DNA of 64,000 bases from positions 19,009,034 through 19,073,033 of the forward strand of contig CM108484.1 in assembly GCA_048537945.1 (NCBI GenBank), written 5' to 3'. A program made the position numbers and the translations under genes. Position 1 is the first letter of the stretch. Each line of letters begins with the position of its first letter. This DNA is from Mnemiopsis leidyi. Lineage: Eukaryota. Shown in pieces: positions 34,201 to 46,612 of this stretch. A model generated the notes under the pieces. It was not told where the DNA came from. It was given only the letters and a program-made list of their open reading frames with translations, and searched no databases.

Positions 34201-37200
34201 ACTAACTACTTAGTTAGCTAGCTCTACCTCACTGCTCTAGCTCTATTCTGTTGTCATGTACTGACTACTAAGTTAGCTAGCTCTACCTCACTGCTCTAGC
34301 TCTATTCTGTTGTCATGTACTGACTAATTAGTTAGCTAGCTCTACCTCACTGCTCTAGCTCTATTCTGTTGTCATGTACTGACTACTTCGTTACCTAGCT
34401 CTACCTCACTGCTCTAGCTCTATTCTGTTGTCATGTACTGACTACTTAGTTAGCTAGCTCTACCTCACTGCTCTAGCTCTATTCTGTTGTCATGTACTGA
34501 CTACTTAGTTACCTAGCTCTACCTCACTGCTCTAGCTCTATTCTATTATCATGTACTAACTACTTAGTTAGCTAGCTCTACCTCACTGCTCTAGCTCTAT
34601 TCTGTTGTCATGTACTGACTACTTAGTTACCTAGCTCTACCTCACTGCTCTAGCTCTATTCTGTTATCATGTAGTGACTACTTAGTTACCTAGCTCTACC
34701 TCACTGCTCTAGCTCTATTCTGTTATCATGTACTGACTACTTAGTTACCTAGCTCTACCTCACTGCTCTAGCTCTATTCTGTTATCATGTAGTGACTACT
34801 TAGTTACCTAGCTCTACCTCACTGCTCTAGCTCTATTCTGTTATCATGTACTGACTACTTAGTTACCTAGCTCTACCTCACTGCTCTAGCTCTATTCTGT
34901 TATCATGTACTGATTACTTAGTTAGCTAGCTCTACCTCACTGCTCTAGCTCTATTCTGTTATCATGTACTGACTACTTAGTTACCTAGCTCTACCTCACT
35001 GCTCTAGCTCTATTCTGTTGTCATGTACTGACTACTTAGTTAGCTAGCTCTACCTCACTGCTCTAGCTCTATTCTGTTATCATGTACTGACTACTTAGTT
35101 AAATAGCTCTACCTCACTGCTCTAGCTCTATTCTTTTATCATGTACTGACTACTTAGTTAGCTAGCTCTACCTCACTGCTCTAGCTCTATTATGTTATCA
35201 TGTACTGACTACTTAGTTAGCTAGCTCTACCTCACTGCTCTAGCTCTATTCTATTATCATGTACAGACTACTTAGTTAGCTAGCTCTACCTCACTGCTCT
35301 AGCTCTATTCTGTTGTCATGTACTGACTACTTAGTTAGCTAGCTCTACCTCACTGCTCTAGCTCTATTCTGTTGTCATGTACTGACTACTTCGTTACCTA
35401 GCTCTACCTCACTGCTCTAGCTCTATTCTGTTGTCATGTACTGACTACTTAGTTAGCTAGCTCTACCTCACTGCTCTAGCTCTATTCTGTTGTCATGTAC
35501 TGACTACTTAGTTAGCTAGCTCTACCTCACTGCTCTAGCTCTATTCTGTTGTCATGTACTGACTACTTAGTTAGCTAGCTCTACCTCACTGCTCTAGCTC
35601 TATTCTGTTGTCATGTACTGACTACTTAGTTAGCTAGCTCTACCTCACTGCTCTAGCTCTATTCTGTTGTCATGTACTGACTACTTAGTTACCTAGCTCT
35701 ACCTCACTGCTCTAGCTCTATTCTGTTATCATGTACTGACTACTTAGTTACCTAGCTCTACCTCACTGCTCTAGCTCTATTCTGTTGTCATGTACTAACT
35801 ACTTAGTTAGCTAGCTCTACCTCACTGCTCTAGCTCTATTCTGTTGTCATGTACTGACTACTAAGTTAGCTAGCTCTACCTCACTGCTCTAGCTCTATTC
35901 TGTTGTCATGTACTGACTACTTAGTTAGCTAGCTCTACCTCACTGCTCTAGCTCTATTCTGTTGTCATGTACTGACTACTTCGTTACCTAGCTCTACCTC
36001 ACTGCTCTAGCTCTATTCTGTTGTCATGTACTGACTACTTAGTTACCTAGCTCTACCTCACTGCTCTAGCTCTATTCTGTTGTCATGTACTGACTACTTA
36101 GTTACCTAGCTCTACCTCACTGCTCTAGCTCTATTCTGTTGTCATGTACTAACTACTTAGTTAGCTAGCTCTACCTCACTGCTCTAGCTCTATTCTATTA
36201 TCATGTACTAACTACTTAGTAACCTAGCTCTACCTCACTGCTCTAGCTCTATTCTGTTATCATGTACTGACTACTTAGTTACCTAGCTCTACCTCACTGC
36301 TCTAGCTCTATTCTGTTGTCATGTACTAACTACTTCGTTAGCTAGCTCTACCTCACTGCTCTAGCTCTATTCTGTTGTCATGTACTGACTACTTAGCTAG
36401 CTCTACCTCACTGCTCTAGCTTTATTCTGTTGTCATGTACTGACTACTTAGTTAGCTAGCTCTACCTCACTGCTCTAGCTCTATTCTGTTATCATGTACT
36501 AACTACTTAGTTAACTAGCTCTACCTCACTGCTCTAGCTCTATTCTGTTATCATGTACTGACTACTTAGCTAGCTCTACCTCACTGCTCTAGCTCTATTC
36601 TGTTGTCATGTACTAACTACTTGGTTAGTTAGCTCTACCTCACTGCTCTAGCTCTATTCTGTTGTCATGTACTGACTACTTAGTTACCTAGCTCTACCTC
36701 ACTGCTCTAGCTTTATTCTGTTGTCATGTACTGACTACTTAGTTACCTAGCTCTACCTCACTGCTCTAGCTCTATTCTGTTGTCATGTACTGACTACTTA
36801 GTTACCTAGCTCTACCTCACTGCTCTAGCTCTATTCTGTTATCATGTACTGACTACTTAGTTAGCTAGCTCTACCTCACTGCTCTAGCTCTATTCTGTTG
36901 TCATGTACTGACTACTTAGTTACCTAGCTCTACCTCACTGCTCTAGCTCTATTCTGTTATCATGTACTAACTACTTAGTTAGTTAGCTCTACCTCACTGC
37001 TCTAGCTCTATTCTGTTATCATGTACTAACTACTTAGTTAGCTAGCTCTACCTCACTGCTCTAGCTCTATTCTGTTTCATGTACTGACTACTTTGTTACC
37101 TAGCACTACCTCACTGCTCTAGCTCTATTCTGTTGTCATGTACTGACTTCTTAGTTACCTAGCTCTACCTCACTGCTCTAGCTCTATTCTGTTGTCATGT

Positions 37201-37865
37201 ACTGACTACTTAGTTACCTAGCTCTACCTCACTGCTCTAGCTCTATTCTGTTATCATGTACTAACTACTTAGTTAGTTAGCTCTACCTCACTGCTCTAGC
37301 TCTATTCTGTTATCATGTACTAACTACTTAGTTAGCCAGCTCTACCTCACTGCTCTAGCTCTATTCTGTTTCATGTACTGACTACTTTGTTACCTAGCTC
37401 TACCTCACTGCTCTAGCTCTATTCTGTTATCATGTACTGACTACTTAGTTAGCTAGCTCTACCTCACTGCTCTAGCTCTATTCTGTTGTCATGTACTGAC
37501 TACTTAGTTAGCTAGCTCTACCTCACTGCTCTAGCTCTATTCTGTTGTCATGTACTGACTACTTAGTTACCTAGCTCTACCTCACTGCTCTAGTTCTATT
37601 CTGTTGTCATGTACTGACTACTTCGTTACCTAGCTCTACCTCACTGCTCTAGCTATATTCTATTATCATGTACTAACTACTTCGTTAGCTAGCTCTACCT
37701 CACTGCTCTAGCTCTATTCTGTTGTCATGTACTGACTACTTAGTTAGCTAGCTCTACCTCACTGCTCTAGCTCTATTCTGTTGTCATGTACTGACTACTT
37801 AGTTAGCTAGCTCTACCTCACTGCTCTAGCTCTATTCTGTTGTCATGTACTGACTACTTAGTTAC
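31201..37865. repeat. 60-bp minisatellite, about 110 units (AGTTACCTAGCTCTACCTCACTGCTCTAGCTCTATTCTGTTGTCATGTACTGACTACTT) inside an MVP intron
   Basis: Near-identical units with variants such as G/A in TGTTG/ATCATG and TTACC/TTAGC. The array starts 10 bp from the acceptor of MVP exon 4. Confidence 0.95.
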
Positions 37866-38566
37866 TGGTGTACAAACTGGAAATTGTAGCGTGGAAACTT
37901 TGTGGGAAGTCATGCTTCTTAGTTGTATGAATAGAGTTTTTAAAAGGAACCTTGCGATATTGCAGCAGTAGACTATACGACGAATCTCATGCTTGTGATT
38001 ATTTCGTCAACTGCTGATCATGGGCAGAGAAACAAGTTTTGACGTCGACCGAATACGGGATATACACACACTTGATTATTGAAGTGTTAAATATGCTTTT
38101 ACTCCATGTTTCAATTTAACTAAGGTTATTTTAAAGGGAGTATGGTTAATGAAGCAGGAAGCGTATTATCCTGTTTTCGACATGTTCGCATTAAACCATC
38201 AAAAGTACAGAGCATCCACCGAAATTTGCTCAGTATTGGCAAACAGCCAATATGATTGTGGAGTGAAGACATCTCATAAACAAGAGTAATACCGTTTTAA
38301 GAACAAGATGTGAATTGCGATGAGATCATCGCAGCACAAAACAATTAGATCACTGTTTTAACACTTCGATGAGATCATCATGAGATCACTCAGCTTCTCG
38401 GCGGTGTGGAACACTCATATAACGTAGTGTGACGTCACAATCACACACAGCAAGAAAAGGCACGTTATTCTGAGCCGTTCAACTTGAGCACATTACTAGT
38501 TAAATGTATTGTGTTTAAGATTAACGAATGTATAAACACGCGAAGAAAGCAATTTCTGAAACCCAC

Positions 38567-38771
38567 CAGGTCCGGTGAAGAGCCACTCATCATGAGCCCA
38601 TCGCTTAGTTCCATCGGTTTCAGTGAAATCTGCACTAGCGCGAAGGCGGAGTGCCGTGTTGGTGGGAACGGCGCGCAGTTTCGTGACCTTCACATCCAGT
38701 GTCTCTCCCGGATACAAGGGGAAAGGCTCTTGTGTTAGTCTGACCTCTTGGTCGGCGTGCAGCAGTTTAGC
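38567..38771 (-). CDS. MVP: MVP exon 3: [68 protein letters not shown](G)
   Basis: Acceptor tttcccag| and donor CTG|GTGGGT (phase 1). Matches the vertebrate [69 protein letters not shown]. Confidence 0.85.
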
Positions 38772-39784
38772 CTGGGAAAAGAGAGAGTTTAATGTGCGTG
38801 TAGGTTTGTGTGTGTAGCTGAGTGTAAAGCAGGTAATGTGCTAATATTTTGTCACGGTCACCCTCTCCCATATGTACACAGGAAATATTTATTGATAAAC
38901 TTCCTCTTGTAAAAATTGCACTCGGGTAAGTCTATACATTTATATTCTGCGAAGCACGCATTAAGTTAGACACGGTGTGAATATTTCACGGAATCAGTAA
39001 TTCACACGTAGAATTATTCCATACTGCTTTCAATAGAATGTATATTCTTAGCAAAATCTTACTTATTGAGGAGTTCTGAGCGTAATCAAATCTCAGATTA
39101 CACACAATTCTGAAAGGTCGACAATAAAAATTATCCTTCCTGGCCGAAGTAAAAAATTGCTTTGGTAGGATGATAAGGTTGATGCCTGACATTCTGATAG
39201 GGTGTTTCTTTCTTCGTTAGAGCCAAAGAGAATAAACAAATTGAATTTGCTGTCCAGCAACTATCTTTGAGTTCCTTATCTTATCTTTGTAAGAGTCTCG
39301 TTACAACTCTGGATTCTTTTCCTTTATACAGGTCGTATTACCGGTATTCAAGCCATTCCTTACATGGTACATTTTAGATCGAGTTGTACAGTCTCCAACG
39401 ACAGCTAAAAAGAGCCTTTTTTAAAGGCTAGTAACCTAAGCTGCGTGTACATATGTATACAATGACCAGGAAAAAGGGCTACTTGCTACCGTACTGCTAG
39501 CAGCTCCACAATTATGTAATTACCACAGCATTCCATTACAGAGAAATAGAGTGACCTAGGAACGTGCAAATTTGTTTTTAATTGTCCTAGATTAATTACA
39601 AAGTTACAAGATATGGTCGGACTGTGTATCTTACTGTGTAACAGTTCTTACAGTCGGGACCGTGACAGCCAGACAGACAATCAAATATTAGCTACAATGT
39701 AGAGATAGCAGGGTAATGTATGCAAATAATTAAACCTAAAAGGATCATGCTCCTTCAGAAAATTAACAAATAGTCGGTACGGAC

Positions 39785-39910
39785 CTGCCCGTACTGGTCG
39801 AACTGCACCTCCCCCTCCTCGTCTCTCATGACGGGGTTAGCAACAACACAGTAGTGGTTGGGCGGGATTATTACCATCTTTGTGGGCCCTTCTACAACTT
39901 TCTCATTGTC
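39785..39910 (-). CDS. MVP: MVP exon 2: DNEKVVEGPTKMVIIPPNHYCVVANPVMRDEEGEVQFDQYGQ
   Basis: Acceptor tgtttcag| and donor CAG|GTCCGT. Matches the vertebrate MVP [42 protein letters not shown]. Confidence 0.85.
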
Positions 39911-40246
39911 CTGAAACATAACCGGTTGGCAGGCGGAAAATGTCACCGAAATTCTCAAGTCCTTTATATGGGGATCGTGAGGTCTTAATGATGATTTGCA
40001 ATCTGAATAATTTTCAGCACCCACTTTGCTGCAAAAAAGTGATTTTCTAAGGCAACTGGCAAGCTGCATCGTGAGGTTGAATGTTTGTTTAGCTATAATA
40101 ACAAAGCACTGGATTGTTTGGTTTGGAACAGGAAGCTTAAAGCCACACAACTGTGACCTGAAACTTAACTGTGTTCAATGGTATCCAATGTAAATGTTAT
40201 GAAAAATATAAATGGCACAACACAAGATATCGAGATGTCCCATTAC

Positions 40247-40384
40247 CTGTCTGACAAAGGTCTCAGGTCCAATAATCGTTTTTGTGACATTGGTCTTGAG
40301 GTCAAGGACATGGATGTAGTAGTGAGGAGGGATCCTGATGACGGTCTCATCACTCGCCCCAGCTTTGTTGCCTCTGCCTGACAT
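40247..40384 (-). CDS. MVP: major vault protein (MVP) exon 1: MSGRGNKAGASDETVIRIPPHYYIHVLDLKTNVTKTIIGPETFVRQ
   Basis: Minus-strand ATG at 40384. IRIPPxxYIHVLD matches the MVP N-terminus [38 protein letters not shown]. Donor CAG|GTAATG (phase 0). Confidence 0.85.
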
Positions 40385-41212
40385 GCTACCCTATGTAATA
40401 GAGCATTCAATATGAAAATAATCAATTCTGCAACATGGCTTGTAAACAGAGATTGTTCATTTGGAGATGGTCCATGTAGGCCTGCTCCACGCTTTCAGCT
40501 ACAAGATAGTAGATTAATGATCAATGAATATGAAGTGTAAAATGGTTTTGAGAGAACCAATTTGTAATGGCCAACCCTGGGGGAGATGTGATCATGGGGG
40601 TAACAGTTCTGCAAAAGGTACAAATACGACAATTTGGTTGTAATTATTAAACGATTTTTTAAAGAAATAATACATAAGTCATAAAAAATTTCTGTGTGTA
40701 AAATTGATTAAAACCATTAAAAAGCTTTAAAAACCAAAATCATTTAATTGCATACTTTCAATAGTATGTAATAAGAACTCGTTTAGATTCTACTTAAAGA
40801 ATCTTATTTGCAAAAACATGTTGGTTAGTTAGCACAAGGTACAATCAAGTGTTAAAAGAAAATTGAATGAGCAGTTATTGTAACACCTAGCTTCCTCTGA
40901 CAACAACCTTCCTGTTGGCATTCTAAGTGAACAAGTGCACACAATATGCAATTTTAACAATTTTGCACGGAATGATATATTTATTTCTGATATTTTTGTG
41001 AAAAGCAGAAGGATATATTACTATCTTATTGTATAACATTTCAAACAAGATAATAAAAATTATTAAAGTTTAAAAACATGTTAACCTCATAATCAACAGC
41101 ATCAAAAACAGATCTATCAATATAAATCAATATAATATGAACATGTAAATCTGTAAAAATCTGTTAAAAATCCCACTGAATTTTAGTGAACATTTAAGTT
41201 GGTTGTTAAATC

Positions 41213-41399
41213 TTAGTTATCCTGATTTTTCCTTATCTCTGCAATTGTTGACCCATTTTTACCGATATGAGTAGGTTCAGGAGATGAGAAGTACACCACA
41301 ACTCTCTCAGTAGCGACACCAAGATCTCTATTTATCAGCTCAGCAAACTTAGCAGAGTAATGTGCATGGTCAGAAATTGACATTCCTAATGATGTAAAC
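41213..41399 (-). CDS. MIF-family exon 3: FTSLGMSISDHAHYSAKFAELINRDLGVATERVVVYFSSPEPTHIGKNGSTIAEIRKNQDN*
   Basis: Acceptor ccactccag|. Aligns to MIF [53 protein letters not shown]. The stop is plus tta at 41213-41215. The total is about 120 aa, the typical MIF size. Confidence 0.75.
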
Positions 41400-41630
41400 C
41401 TGGAGTGGAGATCGATTCTCTATTAAACTCACACAAACAGGGAGAAATTGTTGGAACTTAAAGCTCTGTCACTTAACATACTACATCTTGCCCATAGATA
41501 ACTGTGCTGATAAAATTCTGAATTGAAATCATATGCCCATATTAATGTTAACCTTTACAAGGCTGCGAAAACTTCACCAAAAAGTGTAAAACTATCTACT
41601 TGAAAGATTTCAGGAGCTTTAGAATCAAAC

Positions 41631-41704
41631 CTTATGTGTGCCAATGGAGCCTCAGAGTCATCGTACCACATTTCATAATTGAAATTGTGCATTACTACTA
41701 CCGC
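41631..41704 (-). CDS. MIF-family exon 2: AVVVMHNFNYEMWYDDSEAPLAHI(R)
   Basis: Acceptor gatttcag| and donor TAAG|GTTTGA (phase 2). Aligns to MIF [25 protein letters not shown]. Confidence 0.7.
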
Positions 41705-42124
41705 CTGAAATCAATCAAAATGAAATTCAAATAACGAGGTAACACATTAAATTCTTTTGGTGTCAGTTTCGGTGTCACTGTCTGGTCTGTGTTGATTACC
41801 TTGTCAATAATGGAATTCACTTGAGGGGGTCCTCTAAATTTTACTCATTAAAAGTTATGCATGACTGCTCAAGGGGAAGGACTCTGGTTGAAAACATTAT
41901 CAATGCATAAATTACCCCATTTTACCAATTTTTTGTCTACAGAATAAGGTGACCTGACAGATATCAGGATTGCTATACAATGAACTACAGTAAGGAACTT
42001 AGGCTGTTTATTGAAGTCAACATCAGTAAATGTAACAGCTATTGAGGCCTTTATAATGTTTTTACTGTTTGAGAGGTAAAGCCATGACTGCATTTGAATA
42101 ATAAAAGCAGACCCCTGAATATGT

Positions 42125-42475
42125 CACTAGTATATAGAGAACGGTATTCTTGGGGAAGTATCTCAAATTTTCGATACTTAAACACCTCATTCCTCAAAAT
42201 TTATGGGCCCTACCTTAGGTCTCGGTAGTGAAATACTCCCAAATTGTCCATTGGACACAGATTGACCTCCAAAAACAAAGGTGGGAGCATTACAATTAGA
42301 GAAATGTTACATACATGTTACATGTTACATGGCGAGATCTCCATCCAAAAGGATTAGTCTGCCTCTGCTGTATCATTTGTTGGTATCATACAGCTAAGGC
42401 GAGTAGAGTTTCTCCATCCCTTTAGAGAAATGGGGTTTGAAATTTCGAGACACCTCCCCACGAATACCGTTCTCT
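42125..42475. mobile_element. MITE-like element flanked by roughly 40-bp inverted repeats
   Basis: TATAGAGAACGGTATTCTTGGGGAAGTATCTCAAATTT at about 42125 and its reverse complement AAATTTCGAGACACCTCCCCACGAATACCGTTCTCTATTG at about 42440 are inverted repeats about 300 bp apart. The element is adjacent to the SINE. Confidence 0.5.
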
Positions 42476-42733
42476 ATTGTATTTGTATTTGTTACACCTG
42501 TACCCATGCTTTTTGCAGTTATACTGAAGGGGCTCCTGGAAGATTCTACATCTTTTAACCGAGACCCTCCTCATTTAACCCTCAATCACGGTTTCCCGGT
42601 CATTCGGCTGAGTCAACTACAGAAGATTGCATAGGCAGGTGCCCTTAGCGCAATCCTCTAGGATTGGCGGATCTGGGAATCGAACCCCTGATCTTCTGCG
42701 TAGAAAAAAAGATACAACTACACCACCAACCCA
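42440..42733 (-). mobile_element. tRNA-derived SINE copy (same family) in MIF intron 1
   Basis: The reverse complement carries the tRNA-like head GGGTTGGTGGTGTAGTTG...GGTTCGATTCCCAGATCCGCC plus the same core as the copy at 53379. Confidence 0.7.
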
Positions 42734-42856
42734 TTAAGCAACATAGTGAGCAACATAGTAATCGAACTGTGTAGATCTTGGTCAGTGTTGATTGAAACTG
42801 CCACAAAATAATTTGTTTATTGTTGAATGGTGGTAAAAGTGAAAACTTTGATCAAC

Positions 42857-42961
42857 CTTTTCTGGTTTATTAGTCATTTCAGCAACCATTCTTGTAACAT
42901 TCTTTAAAAACGGCGATCCCAGTCTTTTACCGATGTTTGTAGCAATCTGCACGATTGGCAT
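42857..42961 (-). CDS. MIF/D-dopachrome tautomerase family exon 1: MPIVQIATNIGKRLGSPFLKNVTRMVAEMTNKPEK
   Basis: Minus-strand ATG at 42961, with Pro-2 becoming the catalytic N-terminal Pro. Matches MIF [36 protein letters not shown]. Donor AAG|GTTGAT. Confidence 0.7.
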
Positions 42962-43382
42962 GACTGAAATTATTTTATCATTTACCTACTGCAATTAGAA
43001 AGAACAAGAATCTTTCAAATGATAAATATAATTTAAGCCTTGACTGGAAAAGATGAGAGTAAAATCTATCTTGATAAAAAGTAATATAAACAAGAGTTTA
43101 CAAATGAAATGTATTTGATAGGATAGAAAGGTATAAAGAAAACTAACAAAGGGTATAGTGAGAAACTGAGTCAAAAGCTACAAATATAATCAGAAATATT
43201 CCGATACTGTAAACTATGTAAAAAAGAGTGTTCGCTTCTACTTGCTGAAAACCTGCTTCATTGCGAAAGAGGGAGAACAAGATAAAGCTTAACAGTTTTC
43301 TAAAAGATAACCCTTTGGTTGCTAAAAAGAAGTTTATTCACATCTATAAGTTCATTTTGACCTGAGTGTTTGCTTAAATTAC

Positions 43383-44700
43383 ATTTCATTTTGACGAGAT
43401 TATCTCCGTCTACCGTTCTAACGAAACGATAGCTTTAGCTGCGTGAGTCTGGAGTCGGGTATCACCGTGACAAATTAAATTAAGAGTATTGTAGGCTTAC
43501 AACCTACCGTCATCGCTTCGCGCGCGTCACACCTGCTCCTCGAGCGAAGCGTAATGACTAAGATGACTAAGATTCAAAGAATCGTGGACGCGCATCGCCC
43601 GTTAATTAAGAGTAGTAATTATCTTATTTAGAGTTTTAAAGATATTTTCTGCAGGGTTTAGGTTTGATGATGCTGGCGTCATTATAAATGATTTATTTAT
43701 TTATTTATTATTGGTTCAAAGATTAGACCCCTTAATATAGATCATCTAAATGTCATATTAATTTCTATTTGTTTTTCTTAACTTCGTTGCAGCAGGGCTA
43801 GGCGTAGGTAACGTGTAGCAAGTATGTGGAGCAGTCTATTTGCTATTATTTATTTTAGTTCTATACTGTTTTACTGAATTCATTATATTTGAATTATATT
43901 TGCTTAGCCAACATAGCCGGATTATCAGGACGCTTTTGCTGAGCCAACATAGCCCTGTAGCTCGCGCTGAGCGCACCCTATCGGGACGTTGTCAGACGTT
44001 GCCTGACCTGCTGCCACGAAGCGCGCGGCGCGGCAGCGAAAATGGGCTGCAACGCAAGGCAATCGGGAGACACATAGGTGTGTGAGCTTTTGCGTTGTGC
44101 ACAAGGATGTACATGTTTAGCCAAGGGACGCTTTTGCTTGCGTGCCCTGGGGACCTCAGTTGTTGTAAGTTGATAACCTACTGTCGCGGCCATCACGCGC
44201 TGTCACGCATTTCTGGCCTGGCGACATGAATTTCGGAGAAATTTCGGAGAAATTCTAGACGCGCATCGCCCGTTGACTCAGTTGCAGTTTTGTCGCAGTG
44301 ATACCTTAACGGGCGATGCGTTGTATGTTGATAACCTACTGTCGCGGCCATCACGCGCTGTCACGCATTTCTGGCCTGGCGAAGAAATTCTAGACGCGCA
44401 TCGCCCGTTGAGCGATGCGCGTCTAGAAATGCGTAAAAGCGCGTGATGGCCGCGACAGTATGTTTGTACGGCAGCGCGCACCCTCCTGTCATTTTATTCC
44501 TCTATTCGCTTCGAATGAGGGTCGGACGAAGTCAGACAACATTAACGGGCGATGCTTCGCTCGAGGAGCAGGTGTGACGCGCGCGAAGCGATGACGGTAG
44601 GTTGTAAGCCTACAAAGACAACAGTATGTTTGTCGCGGTGATGCCCGACTCACGCAGCTAAAGCTGAACGAGAGTCGGGCGAAATACGATTGTTTTACGG
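43383..44700. mobile_element. composite foldback-type element: 230-bp terminal inverted arms plus internal nested palindromes
   Basis: The arms at 43383-43610 and 44470-44700 are reverse complements. They share CCGTCTACCGTTCTAACGAAACGATAGCTTTAGCTGCGTGAGTC...GGCTTACAACCTACCGTCATCGCTTCGCGCGCGTCACACCTGCTCCTCGAGCGAAGC. The interior has a perfect palindrome TCTAGACGCGCATCGCCCGTTGAGCGATGCGCGTCTAGA and a 60-bp direct repeat at 44160 and 44325. Confidence 0.7.
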
Positions 44701-46494
44701 CACAAAAGTGCCGCGATTCATTATTGGTCGAGGGGTTACCACGTGCCGCGCGCCACGTGATTCTTTCTCCAACGTTAAAGTATCAAAATCACGTGTTAAT
44801 TTGATGACGCAAGCACCCACCTGACCGCGCGCAGTAGCTCAGCTTTCCTTCGTCGGTAGAATCGAGCGTAAAATTTTGTCGGTTTAGTATAAAACGTGGT
44901 GCTGGTCTCATTTCAGAGGTTGAATGTTTCTTGTTTGTTTGTTGGGCATTCGAAAGTTTTTACCTCTTTCAGTCATGATTTTCAATTCTAGCTTAAATAG
45001 TGACTCCTCCATTGCTTGTTGTTTCAGCTGGCAATCAATTTCGTGGTTTTACCTAGAAAAACGATGGATTGCTGCTAATCATCAATCATAATTCAATCAT
45101 TGCGCTGTGGCCGCATACGGGGTTTTCGAGCTAACTAGCAGCATCTCGATCTGACAGCAGTACTCAGAAGAAAGTTGTACACATACAGTCCACCAAATCT
45201 TTTGCCATTTTACTACATGAACAGTGTTGACTTAAGTACCTGTAGAATTTTCAATTCAAGCGTTCAAGTTAGGGTTCAAGTTAGGGTTAAATCCCGTATC
45301 GGTATGAAATAAATCTCAAACAGTTCAATTCCCCTGTTGGCTTGAATAGAATTTCGTCACGACCTTCTTCAATTCAGAGTAAAAAAGACATGAATGTCGT
45401 TAGTTTGATTATAGCCAGAGTTGCAGTTTGACATAATAGCTACACCGATCTCCGACCTATTTTGTTGCTGTTGCTATTCACACTGACAGTTGACAAATCT
45501 TAGAAAAGTTTCAATTATACTAGTAAGCAGTACACTTGGCTGTTTTTGACGGTGGTAAGCAAGTGGTACTGTCCTCATTTCTGTAAATTTTTGTTCTGTC
45601 AGATCCATTACTGTGTCGATCTATGAGCCTACCAAATAATTCTGTCAAAACTTGGTTCTTGCTCGCTTTACTTTTAGCTTGACTTGTGTGATTGGTTTTG
45701 TTGCACGGATTTAAATGCTGACCTATAATTAGTTGTGTTGGGGTTTTCAGACACAGGCAAAATGTTATATCCCAATCGAATTTGTGTGGCATCAAGTGGC
45801 GCTCTCGGCCACGTGTATGGAAGGACTAGATACCGATTTTATAATCACAGATATCAACTCACCCTCAGTTACGAGCTCTGTTATTTACTATCCAAAGTTT
45901 TACGTTACTGTTGATACGGAGTCTTAACGGTACGTTGAGTTCCAGAGCTGTGACTTGTGGCTTTATAAAACGTATCTCACATTTTCGTCTTATTATAGGA
46001 GACAGGGCCGAAACCGAACGGCAGGGAGAAGGTGATATCTCACATTTTGACTTTTTCGAAAAGTTTTTTAAAGCCTCAGCCTTCACATCAAGTCATACTG
46101 CGACCTATATACTACTGCTATAAATATTCTCATATTCTATTAATAATGTAAGTTATAGTCGAAATTACACCGCTTAAAAGCAGCTGTCAATATCGGCTTC
46201 TTCCGCAATCCTTCTCATTCACCTTAAGCTGATCTTTGACGCCCGACTCCCTTTTCTTCACACTTTCTGATGAGTTTTGCCTGAACTCACCAGTCTAAAC
46301 AGCATCATTACAGTTGGTTACTGACAAAATACGCAAAACGAAGCCGGTTGACCGGACCGACAGACCGGACGGGCGTGCCTATATCAGTTGAAAAGTAGGT
46401 CCAAACTTTAGAAGTTTTACGTTTAGACGTCTTTAGCGAAAGAACAGTTAAACTGTCTGGGACACGTTAAGATTCCTCATTTCGGGCATTTCTC

Positions 46495-46612
46495 AATTTG
46501 GGCACTGAGTGGTAAAGTTTGAGCACTAAGTGGTTCAGTTTGGGTACTGAGAGGTTCGGTTAGGGTACTGGAGGTTCAGTCTGGGTACTGAGAGGTTCAG
46601 TTTGGGCACTGG
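46495..46612. repeat. 20-bp tandem repeat x6 (GGTTCAGTTTGGGTACTGAGA)
   Basis: Direct periodicity, mirrored at about 62760-62880. Confidence 0.85.

Noticed and set aside
45911-46123. 70-aa ORF conserved on both palindrome arms (63196-63414)
   Set aside because: The differences between the copies are mostly nonsynonymous plus an in-frame indel. Conservation is explained by the duplication, not by coding constraint, and no homology was recognised.
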